Assembly (NCBI GenBank): GCA_029881495.1
Contig: JAOUMJ010000008.1
Coordinates: 7,160 to 39,159, forward strand
DNA length: 32,000 nucleotides
DNA from: Nitrospinota bacterium
GTDB taxonomy: Bacteria > Nitrospinota_A > UBA7883 > JACRGQ01
Direction: 5' to 3'
A program made the position numbers and the translations under genes. The notes under the pieces are model-generated. The model ran no database searches. It was not told where the DNA came from and worked only from the letters and a program-made list of their open reading frames with translations. Shown here piece by piece: positions 21,062-29,011 of this stretch; position 1 is the first letter of the stretch, and each line of letters begins with the position of its first letter.

Positions 21062-22294
21062 ATGATTAAAAAGATTCCGGTGGAACAGTTGAAGCCTGGG
21101 ATGTTCGTCCATGATTTCAACTGCGGGTGGCTTGACCATCCGTTCCTTAAAAATGCGGTTCTCATCAAAAACGACTCCATGATCAAAAAAGTCATTGAGG
21201 TAGGCATAAGGGAAGTCTATATCGACGCATCAAAAGGCCTTGATTCGGGAGAAGCGCCTCTCAAGGAGGAAGAAGACAAAAAAACAGCGGCGTCCGTAAA
21301 AAGAATAGTCGATGAATATCCGCAGGTGGAGAACCTCGTTCCTATGATGCAGGAGATAGAAAAGGCGGCGGAGATAAAGGAAGAGGCCAAAAAGGCGATC
21401 ACCGGCGTGATGGAAGACTTGCAGGCGGGCAAGGAGCTTGAAAAAGAGAAGATAGACCTTGTAGTCGAGGAGATGGTCGAATCCGTCATAAGGAACAAGC
21501 ATGCGCTGACCAGCCTCAGCCGGGTGAAAAAGAAAGACGAATATACATATATGCACTCTGTGAACGTATCGATACTGATGATATCGTTTTGCAGAACCAT
21601 GAAGATGAGCAAGTCTGATATCGCGGTTTTCGGAACCGGAGCCTTGCTGCATGACATAGGGAAGATGAAGGTCTCTCAGGCACTCCTTAACAAGCCTTCC
21701 AAGCTGACGGATGATGAGTTTGCGCAGATGAAAATGCATGCGGTATACAGCGGGGAGATACTGACGGAGACGGGCGATTTTTCTCAGAAGGCTATTGACG
21801 TCGCTTCACAGCATCACGAAAGGTTCGATGGTACCGGATACCCAAAAGGGTTGAAGGGGGACAAGATAAGTCAGGGGGGGCAGATGTCCTCGATAGTAGA
21901 TGTTTACGATGCCATCACCTCGGACCGATGCTACCATACCGGAATGGACCCTTCGGAGGCATTAAAGAAGATATTTGAGTGGAGCAAATACCACTTTGAT
22001 CCGAAACTTGTGCAGTACTACATACGGAGCGTGGGGATATATCCTGTTGGTACGCTTGTCAGGCTCGAAAGTGATTACCTGGCAGTTGTTATGCAACCGG
22101 GAGAAGAGGATTTAACGAAGCCAAAAGTGAAGATCATTTATGATGTTGACCGGGATTGGCCGGTAGAGCCGAGGGTCCTTGACCTGGCAAAACCTGCCGT
22201 TGGCGTTTCGACCCAGGACAGGATCGTTTCAACTGAATCACCGCTGAAATGGAAAATCAATCCGCTGAAATATATCGATTTTCTGAATCAATAG
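21062..22294 (+). CDS. HD-GYP domain protein with N-terminal DUF3391-like region (probable c-di-GMP phosphodiesterase)
   Basis: HDIGKMKVSQALLNKPSKLTDDEF, HHERFDGTGYPKGLKG; N-term IKKIPVEQLKPGMFVHDFNCGWLDHPFLKN. The track starts at an upstream GTG (21056). Confidence 0.92.
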   Translation: MIKKIPVEQLKPGMFVHDFNCGWLDHPFLKNAVLIKNDSMIKKVIEVGIREVYIDASKGLDSGEAPLKEEEDKKTAASVKRIVDEYPQVENLVPMMQEIEKAAEIKEEAKKAITGVMEDLQAGKELEKEKIDLVVEEMVESVIRNKHALTSLSRVKKKDEYTYMHSVNVSILMISFCRTMKMSKSDIAVFGTGALLHDIGKMKVSQALLNKPSKLTDDEFAQMKMHAVYSGEILTETGDFSQKAIDVASQHHERFDGTGYPKGLKGDKISQGGQMSSIVDVYDAITSDRCYHTGMDPSEALKKIFEWSKYHFDPKLVQYYIRSVGIYPVGTLVRLESDYLAVVMQPGEEDLTKPKVKIIYDVDRDWPVEPRVLDLAKPAVGVSTQDRIVSTESPLKWKINPLKYIDFLNQ

Positions 22295-22342
22295 CCTAAT
22301 CAGTTCATGCAGGTCGCATGGTAATGACTGTTTTATTACAAA

Positions 22343-22774
22343 CTAAACTGCACTGCCGGCAAGATACCGCTCAAAAGCTCTTTTGCCACGCCTTGCTCTT
22401 GCGGGATTTCCAGGGTGCTGAAACGCATAGACAACGCTGTAAATATACTTCAGCACAAAGTTCAGTATTTTGTAATACGGTATTTCCCGTAATGTTTGTC
22501 GTATATCAAGCACTATCTTCAGCGCTGGTGAGATAAAGCTAGACAAAGTCATAAGCAACACATAGTTGATAACACCCAAACTATGGGTTATTTCCATCTC
22601 ATTTGATCCCTTATCAGTTCTAACGCTCTCTTTTCCCTGAGGCCCGATTTTACTACAAATTTCTTCTGTGACAACCGGCAAATTGTCATCATGGTAGCGA
22701 GGCCCCTTTTTTGCCTCAATTCCAGAAAGATCTATTATTTCAACTTTTAACATTTCGGTTGTTTTCATAAACAC
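22343..22774 (-). CDS. Hypothetical protein (143 aa), AT-rich interval
   Basis: Open frame with SD AGGGGTG upstream of ATG and a perfect sigma-54 -24/-12 match upstream; no family recognised. Confidence 0.5.
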   Translation of the reverse strand: MFMKTTEMLKVEIIDLSGIEAKKGPRYHDDNLPVVTEEICSKIGPQGKESVRTDKGSNEMEITHSLGVINYVLLMTLSSFISPALKIVLDIRQTLREIPYYKILNFVLKYIYSVVYAFQHPGNPARARRGKRAFERYLAGSAV

Positions 22775-22851
22775 CCCTATTGGTTTTAAGTATTTATATC
22801 TTCTTTGTTCCTATGATCTCTTTTCGGTATTTTCGATAATAACTAAAGGGT

Positions 22852-22867
22852 TGCAAAGTACGTGCCA
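22852..22867 (-). promoter_or_regulatory. Perfect-consensus sigma-54 -24/-12 element driving toward the 143-aa ORF
   Basis: Minus strand reads TGGCACGTACTTTGCA, matching TGGCACGNNNNTTGCW at every fixed position; 78 nt upstream of the ATG. Confidence 0.8.
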
Positions 22868-22870
22868 CAG

Positions 22871-22899
22871 TTGAAGACATTGTATGTCATTGATAATAT
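22871..22899 (+). promoter_or_regulatory. Candidate sigma-70-type promoter, divergent from the sigma-54 element
   Basis: TTGAAG-N17-TATAAT with extended -10 (TGATATAAT); spacer contains the inverted repeat GACAT-TGT-ATGTC (22876-22888). Confidence 0.6.
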
Positions 22900-22905
22900 A
22901 GGGCA

Positions 22906-23063
22906 ATTATTTTCAGATTCAAAAGAATGACGGTATATTCTATTTTTTCTGACTATTTTCAAATGTTTACGAAATCATTAATTAAAGGATCATGTTTATA
23001 TATTGATGCCAGTAGCCAAATATGTTGCTAGTGGTTTGAATATTAAATAAAAACCACTTTTTT
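22906..23063 (+). ncRNA. Candidate small RNA of about 155 nt between a promoter and an intrinsic terminator
   Basis: Promoter at 22871-22899, terminator at 23030-23063, only very short ORFs inside (e.g. MPVAKYVASGLNIK at 23006). Confidence 0.4.
23030..23063 (+). terminator. Intrinsic terminator
   Basis: AGTGGTTT (23030-23037) / AAACCACT (23051-23058) perfect 8-bp stem followed by TTTTT. Confidence 0.65.
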
Positions 23064-23076
23064 CAGCTCGGGAGCG

Positions 23077-23313
23077 CTAGTTTGCTGCGAGGTCGAACCT
23101 GTCTACTTCATGCGAAAAAGGATTGTTGATTCTGTGAATATGGTTTGCCAAAGCCGGATATTTTGCCGCTACATGCGCGATTACAACCTGTTGGCGCATG
23201 GCTTTTGCCTCCAATTCGATCTTCCTTTTGATCTCCTTTGAAGTTCCGTTCCCGCTAAGTTCGACTAGCTGAGTCAGTTTTACAAGTTCGAGAAATTCAT
23301 TTTCGTTTAGCAT
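23077..23313 (-). CDS. Hypothetical protein (78 aa)
   Basis: MLNENEFLELVKLTQLVELSGNGTSKEIKRKIELEAKAMRQQVVIAHVAAKYPALANHIHRINNPFSHEVDRFDLAAN; strong SD (AAGGATGAGGTG) before ATG; no family recognised. Confidence 0.6.
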   Translation of the reverse strand: MLNENEFLELVKLTQLVELSGNGTSKEIKRKIELEAKAMRQQVVIAHVAAKYPALANHIHRINNPFSHEVDRFDLAAN

Positions 23314-23395
23314 TTTATCACCTCATCCTTTTTATCGGTTATTGGCAACCGACGCATAAATTATTCTAGTTACTTCTTCTCATGCCCGTTGTAAT

Positions 23396-23411
23396 TGCAT
23401 ACACCGTACCA
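23396..23411 (-). promoter_or_regulatory. Candidate sigma-54 element upstream of the 78-aa ORF
   Basis: Minus strand TGGTACGGTGTATGCA versus TGGCACGNNNNTTGCW; GG-N10-GC exact, two mismatches elsewhere. Confidence 0.5.
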
Positions 23412-23587
23412 AATTTACCCAGGTAAATGCCTATAAAAAACAATATCTTACGATAGTGATTCTGAGTATCTGTTTATTTTCTTGCGGGGTATCTACAAAT
23501 GTTGATGGTTTGATGCGGTCATACAAATAATCTCGTCCGCATGGCAGATTATGATTGTCCGGCTTTATTTTTAGCGGATACCGGTAT

Positions 23588-23773
23588 TTACCCGATCTGG
23601 GTTACGCATCCTTCCCACCATCGGCAACCGATTTTTTGGCATCCTCTGTTCTGTTTGTAGCAGTCGTTATGGCCATTTAAGAGTTGGAGTTTTCTGATTT
23701 TGTCAGGATTTTTCTGGGCCCATTCAATTGTATGTCTCCAGCTATCTTGACCTTTTTCGGTAGTATTTAGCAT
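23588..23773 (-). CDS. Hypothetical Cys-rich small protein (61 aa)
   Basis: MLNTTEKGQDSWRHTIEWAQKNPDKIRKLQLLNGHNDCYKQNRGCQKIGCRWWEGCVTQIG; SD AAAGAGGTGG upstream of the ATG at 23773 (the track's longer form starts at 23818). Confidence 0.5.
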   Translation of the reverse strand: MLNTTEKGQDSWRHTIEWAQKNPDKIRKLQLLNGHNDCYKQNRGCQKIGCRWWEGCVTQIG

Positions 23774-23826
23774 AGCCACCTCTTTCCTATTGTGTATATC
23801 GGTTAATTTTGCTTCCACCTTTATTT

Positions 23827-23842
23827 TGCAGACTTTATGCCA
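23827..23842 (-). promoter_or_regulatory. Weak candidate sigma-54 element upstream of the Cys-rich ORF
   Basis: Minus strand TGGCATAAAGTCTGCA; TGGCA and TGCA retained with GG-N10-GC spacing, three mismatches to the extended consensus. Confidence 0.35.
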
Positions 23843-23986
23843 AAGATAAGCGGTTTATCATATTGATATATAAAGAGATAAATCGGCATATTTCCGGTTT
23901 AAAGGTGATTTTGCACAAAATCATAACAAATGCAAAAGTAGGATAAAAAACCAATTTTCATTGGCAATACAGGCGGGAACTGCGCG

Positions 23987-24976
23987 TTATCCGCCGATCG
24001 AGGCCATCCCTTTTCCGGTAGTAGTCATGGAGTCCGTTTCCAGTCCATGTCCGCGCGGTTTGCAGAGTATTGCTTCGCTGAATTTTTCAAGGAACCAGCT
24101 GTCCTCCATTTGTTCCCTCAGACCGTATGCCAGGTCAATCTCGCTATCTGAAAAGAGGCATGATCGAAGGCTCCCTTCCGCTGTCAGCCGCAAGCGGTTA
24201 CAGCCATCACAGAATTTCTCGGTCATCGGGGAGACGAAGCCGATCTTCCCGGTTCCACCCCCTAACTTGAAAACTTTTGCAGGGCCATTATGCTTGCCAT
24301 AATTCCCATCCGGCATAAGCTCGTATTTCTCACGGATCAATCTTTCAATATCACGATTCGGCAGCTTCTCCTTCCCGTTCCAGAGGCGGTTGTGAGCTGT
24401 CGGCATCATTTCAATAAACCTTATTTCCACCGGCAGTCTCCTTGCCAGTTCAGCGAATGCGGGGATCTCGTCATCGTTGAATCCTTTTATGCCGACGACA
24501 TTGATCTTTACCGGAAAGATATCTTCTTCGCAGATCTTTTCTATTGAGTCGAGCACCTTTCCTAGAACATCCGAGCCCGAAAGCTCCTTCATCCGGTCTG
24601 TTTTCAGGGTATCAAGTGAAATATTAATCCTGTCGAGACCGGCTCTTTTAAGTTCGCCGGCCATTTTCCCCAGGAGTACGCCGTTCGTAGTAAGCGTTAC
24701 CTCCTCAATACCGCTTATATTTTTGATATCCCTTACCAAAGTGACGATCCCCTTGCGGATAAGGGGTTCACCGCCGGTAAGGCGGATTTTCCTTACACCG
24801 GCGCCACTGAAAATTCTTATAAGCCGGGTGATTTCCCTTATCGTAAGGATGTCCCCCTGAGGGTAGATGTTCTGCCCGGACGGCATGCAATAGGCACATT
24901 TCAGGTTGCACCGGGGGGTCACCGATACGCGCAGATATGACACGCTTCTCCCGTATTGATCCTTCTGCTCATTCAT
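23987..24976 (-). CDS. moaA: GTP 3',8-cyclase MoaA (radical SAM)
   Basis: 329 aa; VTPRCNLKCAYCMPSG, FCDGCNRLRLTAEGSLRSCLFSD, C-terminal GG. Confidence 0.96.
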   Translation of the reverse strand: MNEQKDQYGRSVSYLRVSVTPRCNLKCAYCMPSGQNIYPQGDILTIREITRLIRIFSGAGVRKIRLTGGEPLIRKGIVTLVRDIKNISGIEEVTLTTNGVLLGKMAGELKRAGLDRINISLDTLKTDRMKELSGSDVLGKVLDSIEKICEEDIFPVKINVVGIKGFNDDEIPAFAELARRLPVEIRFIEMMPTAHNRLWNGKEKLPNRDIERLIREKYELMPDGNYGKHNGPAKVFKLGGGTGKIGFVSPMTEKFCDGCNRLRLTAEGSLRSCLFSDSEIDLAYGLREQMEDSWFLEKFSEAILCKPRGHGLETDSMTTTGKGMASIGG

Positions 24977-25018
24977 GAAATATATCCATTGCCTTCTTTA
25001 ATCTGTAAAATGTTTCGC

Positions 25019-25264
25019 ATGAAGATATTGTACTTTGCATCGCTCCGCGAGCATCTTGGCCGCTCAGAAGAGTATTTCACCATAGATACAAAAACAACCG
25101 TTAAGGTTTTTTTCATGGAGAATATTTCGGGCAGGGTAAAGGGGCTAAACCCGGAAAAATTTCTCTACGCGATCAATGAGGAGATGGCAGATGCCGACGC
25201 GGAGCTTTCAGACGACGATACGCTCGCTATCATGCCCCCTCTGTCGGGCGGTTCCCGCGAATGA
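25019..25264 (+). CDS. moaD: Molybdopterin synthase sulfur carrier subunit MoaD, with 3-residue tail after GG
   Basis: MKILYFASLREHLGRSEEYFTI...DDTLAIMPPLSGGSRE*; ubiquitin-like MoaD pattern next to moaE. ATG at 25019; track opens at 24956. Confidence 0.85.
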   Translation: MKILYFASLREHLGRSEEYFTIDTKTTVKVFFMENISGRVKGLNPEKFLYAINEEMADADAELSDDDTLAIMPPLSGGSRE

Positions 25265-25677
25265 CAAGGATTCAGCAGGACGATTTTTCTATGGACAGGG
25301 AGATCGCCCTCTGTCTCGGCGACAGGAGGGACGCCGGTGGTGTGGCAACCTTTGTCGGAATAGTTCGCGACATATCGAAGGACAAAAAGATCTTGAAAAT
25401 TGAATTTTCTCATTATGGCGCGATGGCCGACAAGGAGCTTGCAGGGGTGCGCCGAACCGCGATGGAAAGATTCGACATAATCAATCTGTCGATAGTTCAC
25501 CGCGTTGGCACTCTTTTCCCAGGCGACAGAATTGTCGGCATCGCCGCCGTCGCGCGCCACAGGGGACCTGCCTTTGAGGCTTGCGAGTTTGCCATTACGG
25601 AGCTGAAAAAAAAAGTTCCTATCTGGAAAAAGGAATTTACAGAAGAGGGCGAAGAGTGGGTCGAAGAGACGCCGTAA
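25261..25677 (+). CDS. moaE: Molybdopterin synthase catalytic subunit MoaE
   Basis: 138 aa; GGVATFVGIVRD, HRVGTLFPGDRIVGIAAVARHRGPAFEACEFAITELKKKVPIWKKEF, GEEWVE; overlaps moaD stop (ATGA). Confidence 0.95.
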   Translation: MTRIQQDDFSMDREIALCLGDRRDAGGVATFVGIVRDISKDKKILKIEFSHYGAMADKELAGVRRTAMERFDIINLSIVHRVGTLFPGDRIVGIAAVARHRGPAFEACEFAITELKKKVPIWKKEFTEEGEEWVEETP

Positions 25678-25707
25678 AGCAAGTTCAAATTTAATAGGAT
25701 TGGATAA

Positions 25708-26925
25708 ATGAAAAAGGAAAGATTGATGGCCCATGCCCGCGCAGTCTCGCTGATGCTCGGTAGAGTTCCTCTTATCGCAACGGAAAATATCTCATTGAAC
25801 TGCGCGGAGGGGAGAGTTCTTCGCGAAGATATCAGGTCCGACAGGCCGCTCCCCCCCTTCAACCGCTCCGCCATGGACGGCTACGCTGTCAAGTATTCGG
25901 ATCTTTCCGCAGGAAGAAAGATATTCAAACCGGTGGGGATGATCGAAGCAGGTTCAAACTTTTTAGGGAAACTGCAAAAGGGTGAGGCAATAAAAATAAT
26001 GACAGGCGCGCCGGTACCCGATGGGGCCGATATGGTGGTCAAGGTAGAACATTCAAAACTCTCGGGCAAGCATGTCGAGCTGATCGAGACAAAGCCGGAA
26101 AGATGGCTGAATGTACACCGCCACGGCTCGGATACGAAAAAAGGGGCCGTTGTCATGAAGTCGGGGACGGAGTTGTCGCCGTTGAACCTAAGCGTCGCCG
26201 CATCCGTAGGCGCGGTGAAGCTAAAGGTGTCGAAAAAAATAAAAATCCTGGTTGTCACTACCGGTAATGAGATAATCTCCCCGTCGGCATCGCCAAAACC
26301 ATCACAGGTGCGGGATAGCAATGCGAGTTTTCTCCACGCCCGATTTTCATCTCTCAATCTTGTCGAGGCCGATTTCAAGGGGCCTATCAGAGATGAACCC
26401 GGTTTGCTGGAGAAAACTTTCAGAAATGGAATTGAGAAATACGACATGCTCATCGTCACCGGCGGAGTTTCGATGGGGGATTCGGATTTTACTCACGGCC
26501 TGATGGAGAGAATAGGTGTAAGCAAGGTTTTTCATCGCCTTGCGATAAGACCGGGGAAGCCTGTCTGGTTTGGCGCCAGGGGGAAGAAGGTTGTATTCGG
26601 CCTTCCGGGAAACCCCGTTTCCGTTTCGGCGACATTCCATGAGTTCGTACTGCCGGCGATCCGCAGGATGTCGGGGATGGAAAGAATTCTCCCCTTCTCG
26701 GTGCGCCTCCCACTGGCTGTGGATGTAAATAAGAAAAACGGTCTAAAGGAGTTCCGCGTGGGGAATATTTCTGCGGACAGTACGTCCGTTGCGCCCGTGA
26801 AAAGCTACAAGGGGTCGGGTGATTTTTATTCGGCTTCTTTCAGCGACGGCCTTATAGTTTTTCCAGAAGAATCCCGCCTGTTCAAGAGCGGGGAAGTGTT
26901 GGAATTTCATCCATGGCGATTTTGA
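25708..26925 (+). CDS. moeA: Molybdopterin molybdenumtransferase MoeA
   Basis: 405 aa; LPPFNRSAMDGYAV, TGNEII, VTGGVSMGDSDF, FGLPGNPVS. Confidence 0.95.
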   Translation: MKKERLMAHARAVSLMLGRVPLIATENISLNCAEGRVLREDIRSDRPLPPFNRSAMDGYAVKYSDLSAGRKIFKPVGMIEAGSNFLGKLQKGEAIKIMTGAPVPDGADMVVKVEHSKLSGKHVELIETKPERWLNVHRHGSDTKKGAVVMKSGTELSPLNLSVAASVGAVKLKVSKKIKILVVTTGNEIISPSASPKPSQVRDSNASFLHARFSSLNLVEADFKGPIRDEPGLLEKTFRNGIEKYDMLIVTGGVSMGDSDFTHGLMERIGVSKVFHRLAIRPGKPVWFGARGKKVVFGLPGNPVSVSATFHEFVLPAIRRMSGMERILPFSVRLPLAVDVNKKNGLKEFRVGNISADSTSVAPVKSYKGSGDFYSASFSDGLIVFPEESRLFKSGEVLEFHPWRF

Positions 26926-27938
26926 AAGATCGCTTTCCCCCCAGACTGGGATTCTGCGGATACAGCGATTCTGGCAAAACCACTCTTATTGAAAAGCTGA
27001 TCCCCGCGCTTGCGTCGGCAGGGTTGACTGCGGGCTATCTGAAGCACGACGCGCACAGGCTCGATGTCGACAGGGAGGGGAAGGATACATGGAGAATATA
27101 TAAGGCCGGAGCCTCGGTCGTCGCCGCCAATTCTGAAGAGGAGACATTTGCGCGCACGTCATCAGTTATGGATGGTTCGATCTTCGCTGGTTGCGACCTG
27201 GTGATAGTTGAAGGCTTCAAGAATGCGGAGTGGGACAAGTTCTGGGTTCACCCGTATGACGGCGATTCGGGAAATATGCCGAACCTTGTTAATGTGATAG
27301 GGGAGATAGGGGGAGGCGGATTTCGTCACGACGATGTTACGGCGATTGCCGGTAGAGTTGAAGAGTGGTTGCGTGGCAAGGTGTCGGACAGGGAGATCTA
27401 CGGCGGACTCCTTATCGGGGGGAAGAGCGAGCGGATGGGGAGCCCCAAGTCGCTGATGGTTGCGGATGGAGTGACACTGGCGGAAAGGAATTTTGCCCTG
27501 CTGAAGGGGCATTGCGATGCTGCCTATCTACTGGGTACCGGGCCGGTTCCTGAAAATATGAAAGATGAAAAAAGGATTGCGGATCTGCCGGGTGTGGAAG
27601 GACCGCTTGGCGGGATACTCTCGGCTTCGCGTCTCGCGTCATCCGTCGACTGGCTCATCCTCGCGGTCGATATGCCGAATGTAACGGCAGAATATTTAAA
27701 AGTGATCATTGATAGCAGGGGGCCTGGCTACCGTTTCATCGGCGCAGGCAAGCGCGGCGGCGGTTTACTGGAGCCGCTCTGCTCGCTCTACTCCCCCCAG
27801 ATACTGCATTGGATGGATTCCAACCGGGGTGAAGAGCTCTCTCTCAACCGGCTTTTGAAAAGCTATGGTGTGGAGGGGGATGAATCGCTCTTCGATGGCG
27901 AGATCCTTAAAAACCTAAATTCACCGGCAGACCTCTAG
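26913..27938 (+). CDS. Fused MobB (GTP-binding) / MobA (molybdenum cofactor guanylyltransferase)
   Basis: N-terminal P-loop GFCGYSDSGKTTLIEKLIPAL with KHDAH and VIVEGFKNAEW (MobB); C-terminal GGLLIGGKSERMGSPKSLMVADG and LILAVDMPNV (MobA). Confidence 0.88.
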   Translation: MAILKDRFPPRLGFCGYSDSGKTTLIEKLIPALASAGLTAGYLKHDAHRLDVDREGKDTWRIYKAGASVVAANSEEETFARTSSVMDGSIFAGCDLVIVEGFKNAEWDKFWVHPYDGDSGNMPNLVNVIGEIGGGGFRHDDVTAIAGRVEEWLRGKVSDREIYGGLLIGGKSERMGSPKSLMVADGVTLAERNFALLKGHCDAAYLLGTGPVPENMKDEKRIADLPGVEGPLGGILSASRLASSVDWLILAVDMPNVTAEYLKVIIDSRGPGYRFIGAGKRGGGLLEPLCSLYSPQILHWMDSNRGEELSLNRLLKSYGVEGDESLFDGEILKNLNSPADL

Positions 27939-27950
27939 TATAATTTTTAC

Positions 27951-28424
27951 ATGAGCAAGGAATTCACACACCTGAGCGAAAAGGGGGAGGCAAGGATGGT
28001 AGACATCTCCGGCAAGACTGAAACCTCACGCCGGGCAGTTGCTTCGTCCTTCGTAAAGATGAGCGCCGATACTCTGAACGCCATAAGGGATGAGAAGTTG
28101 CCGAAAGGGGATGTATTTGCCGCCGCACGGATAGCCGGGATAATGGGGGCGAAGCGCGTGGCGGAGCTAATTCCCCTTTGCCATCCGCTGAACATCGATC
28201 ATTGCGAAATAGTGTTTGAGATGAAGGAGGGCGGAATAGCTGTGCGCTCGGAGGTGAAGGTGAGGGGGACCACCGGCGCGGAGATGGAAGCAATAACGGC
28301 TGTATCAATCGCCGCCCTTACAATTTACGATATGTGCAAGTCGATGGAGAAGGGGATAGTGATAACCGATACGATGCTCCTTGAAAAGGATGGCGGGAAG
28401 TCCGGCAGTTTCAGGCGCAAATAG
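27951..28424 (+). CDS. moaC: Cyclic pyranopterin monophosphate synthase MoaC
   Basis: 157 aa; MVDISGKTETSRRAVASSFVKM, IAGIMGAKRVAELIPLCHPL, VRGTTGAEMEAITAVSIAALTIYDMCKSMEKG. Confidence 0.96.
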   Translation: MSKEFTHLSEKGEARMVDISGKTETSRRAVASSFVKMSADTLNAIRDEKLPKGDVFAAARIAGIMGAKRVAELIPLCHPLNIDHCEIVFEMKEGGIAVRSEVKVRGTTGAEMEAITAVSIAALTIYDMCKSMEKGIVITDTMLLEKDGGKSGSFRRK

Positions 28425-28427
28425 CGG

Positions 28428-28919
28428 ATGATAAGGACAGCCATCCTTGTGGTCTCTGATACGAGAGGCGATAAGGCTTCCAATAAACCTGATCTCTGCA
28501 TCCCGGCGATTGCCGGGTTTCTGAATGGGAAAGATTTCGAGGTAGTCGCCTCGAAGATCGTGAAGGACGAGATAGGCGAGATCCAGCAGGCGATAAGGGA
28601 TTGGGTCGATGATAGATCGATCGACCTTGTTCTCACCTCCGGCGGTACCGGTGTTTCGCCGCGCGATGTTACCCCCGAAGCGACCAGGCCGCTCCTCACA
28701 AAGGAACTCCCTGGAGTTGCGGAGGCGATGCGCGCATATTCATTGAAGAAGACCGTCAGGGCGGTGCTCTCAAGGGCCGTTGCGGGACTTGCAGGGGATA
28801 CGCTTGTAGTGAACCTCCCCGGCTCTCCGAAAGGGGCGGTGGAAAATCTCGAAGCGGTCTTTGAATCATTCGCGCACATCATTGAGAAAGGGCGGGGGGA
28901 CAACAGCGACTGCGCATGA
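28428..28919 (+). CDS. mogA: MogA/MoaB-family molybdopterin adenylyltransferase
   Basis: 163 aa; ILVVSDTRGDK, LVLTSGGTGVSPRDVTPEATRPLLTKELPGVAEAMR, LVVNLPGSPKGAVENLEAV. Confidence 0.9.
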   Translation: MIRTAILVVSDTRGDKASNKPDLCIPAIAGFLNGKDFEVVASKIVKDEIGEIQQAIRDWVDDRSIDLVLTSGGTGVSPRDVTPEATRPLLTKELPGVAEAMRAYSLKKTVRAVLSRAVAGLAGDTLVVNLPGSPKGAVENLEAVFESFAHIIEKGRGDNSDCA

Positions 28920-29011
28920 AACTCCGTCATCCCACGGGAGGAGATGAAAAAATCTTGGTCTTACGGCCGATTTCATGGTAATTTATCGCTCTTTAGAGGG
29001 GGATTAGAGGG

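Noticed and set aside
24477-24860. 127-aa plus-strand ORF
   Set aside because: Antisense to moaA, Ser/Pro-rich, no recognisable motif.
24977-25018. moaA/moaD intergenic region, checked for a Moco riboswitch
   Set aside because: The gap is about 40 nt and AT-rich, far too short for the Moco RNA motif.
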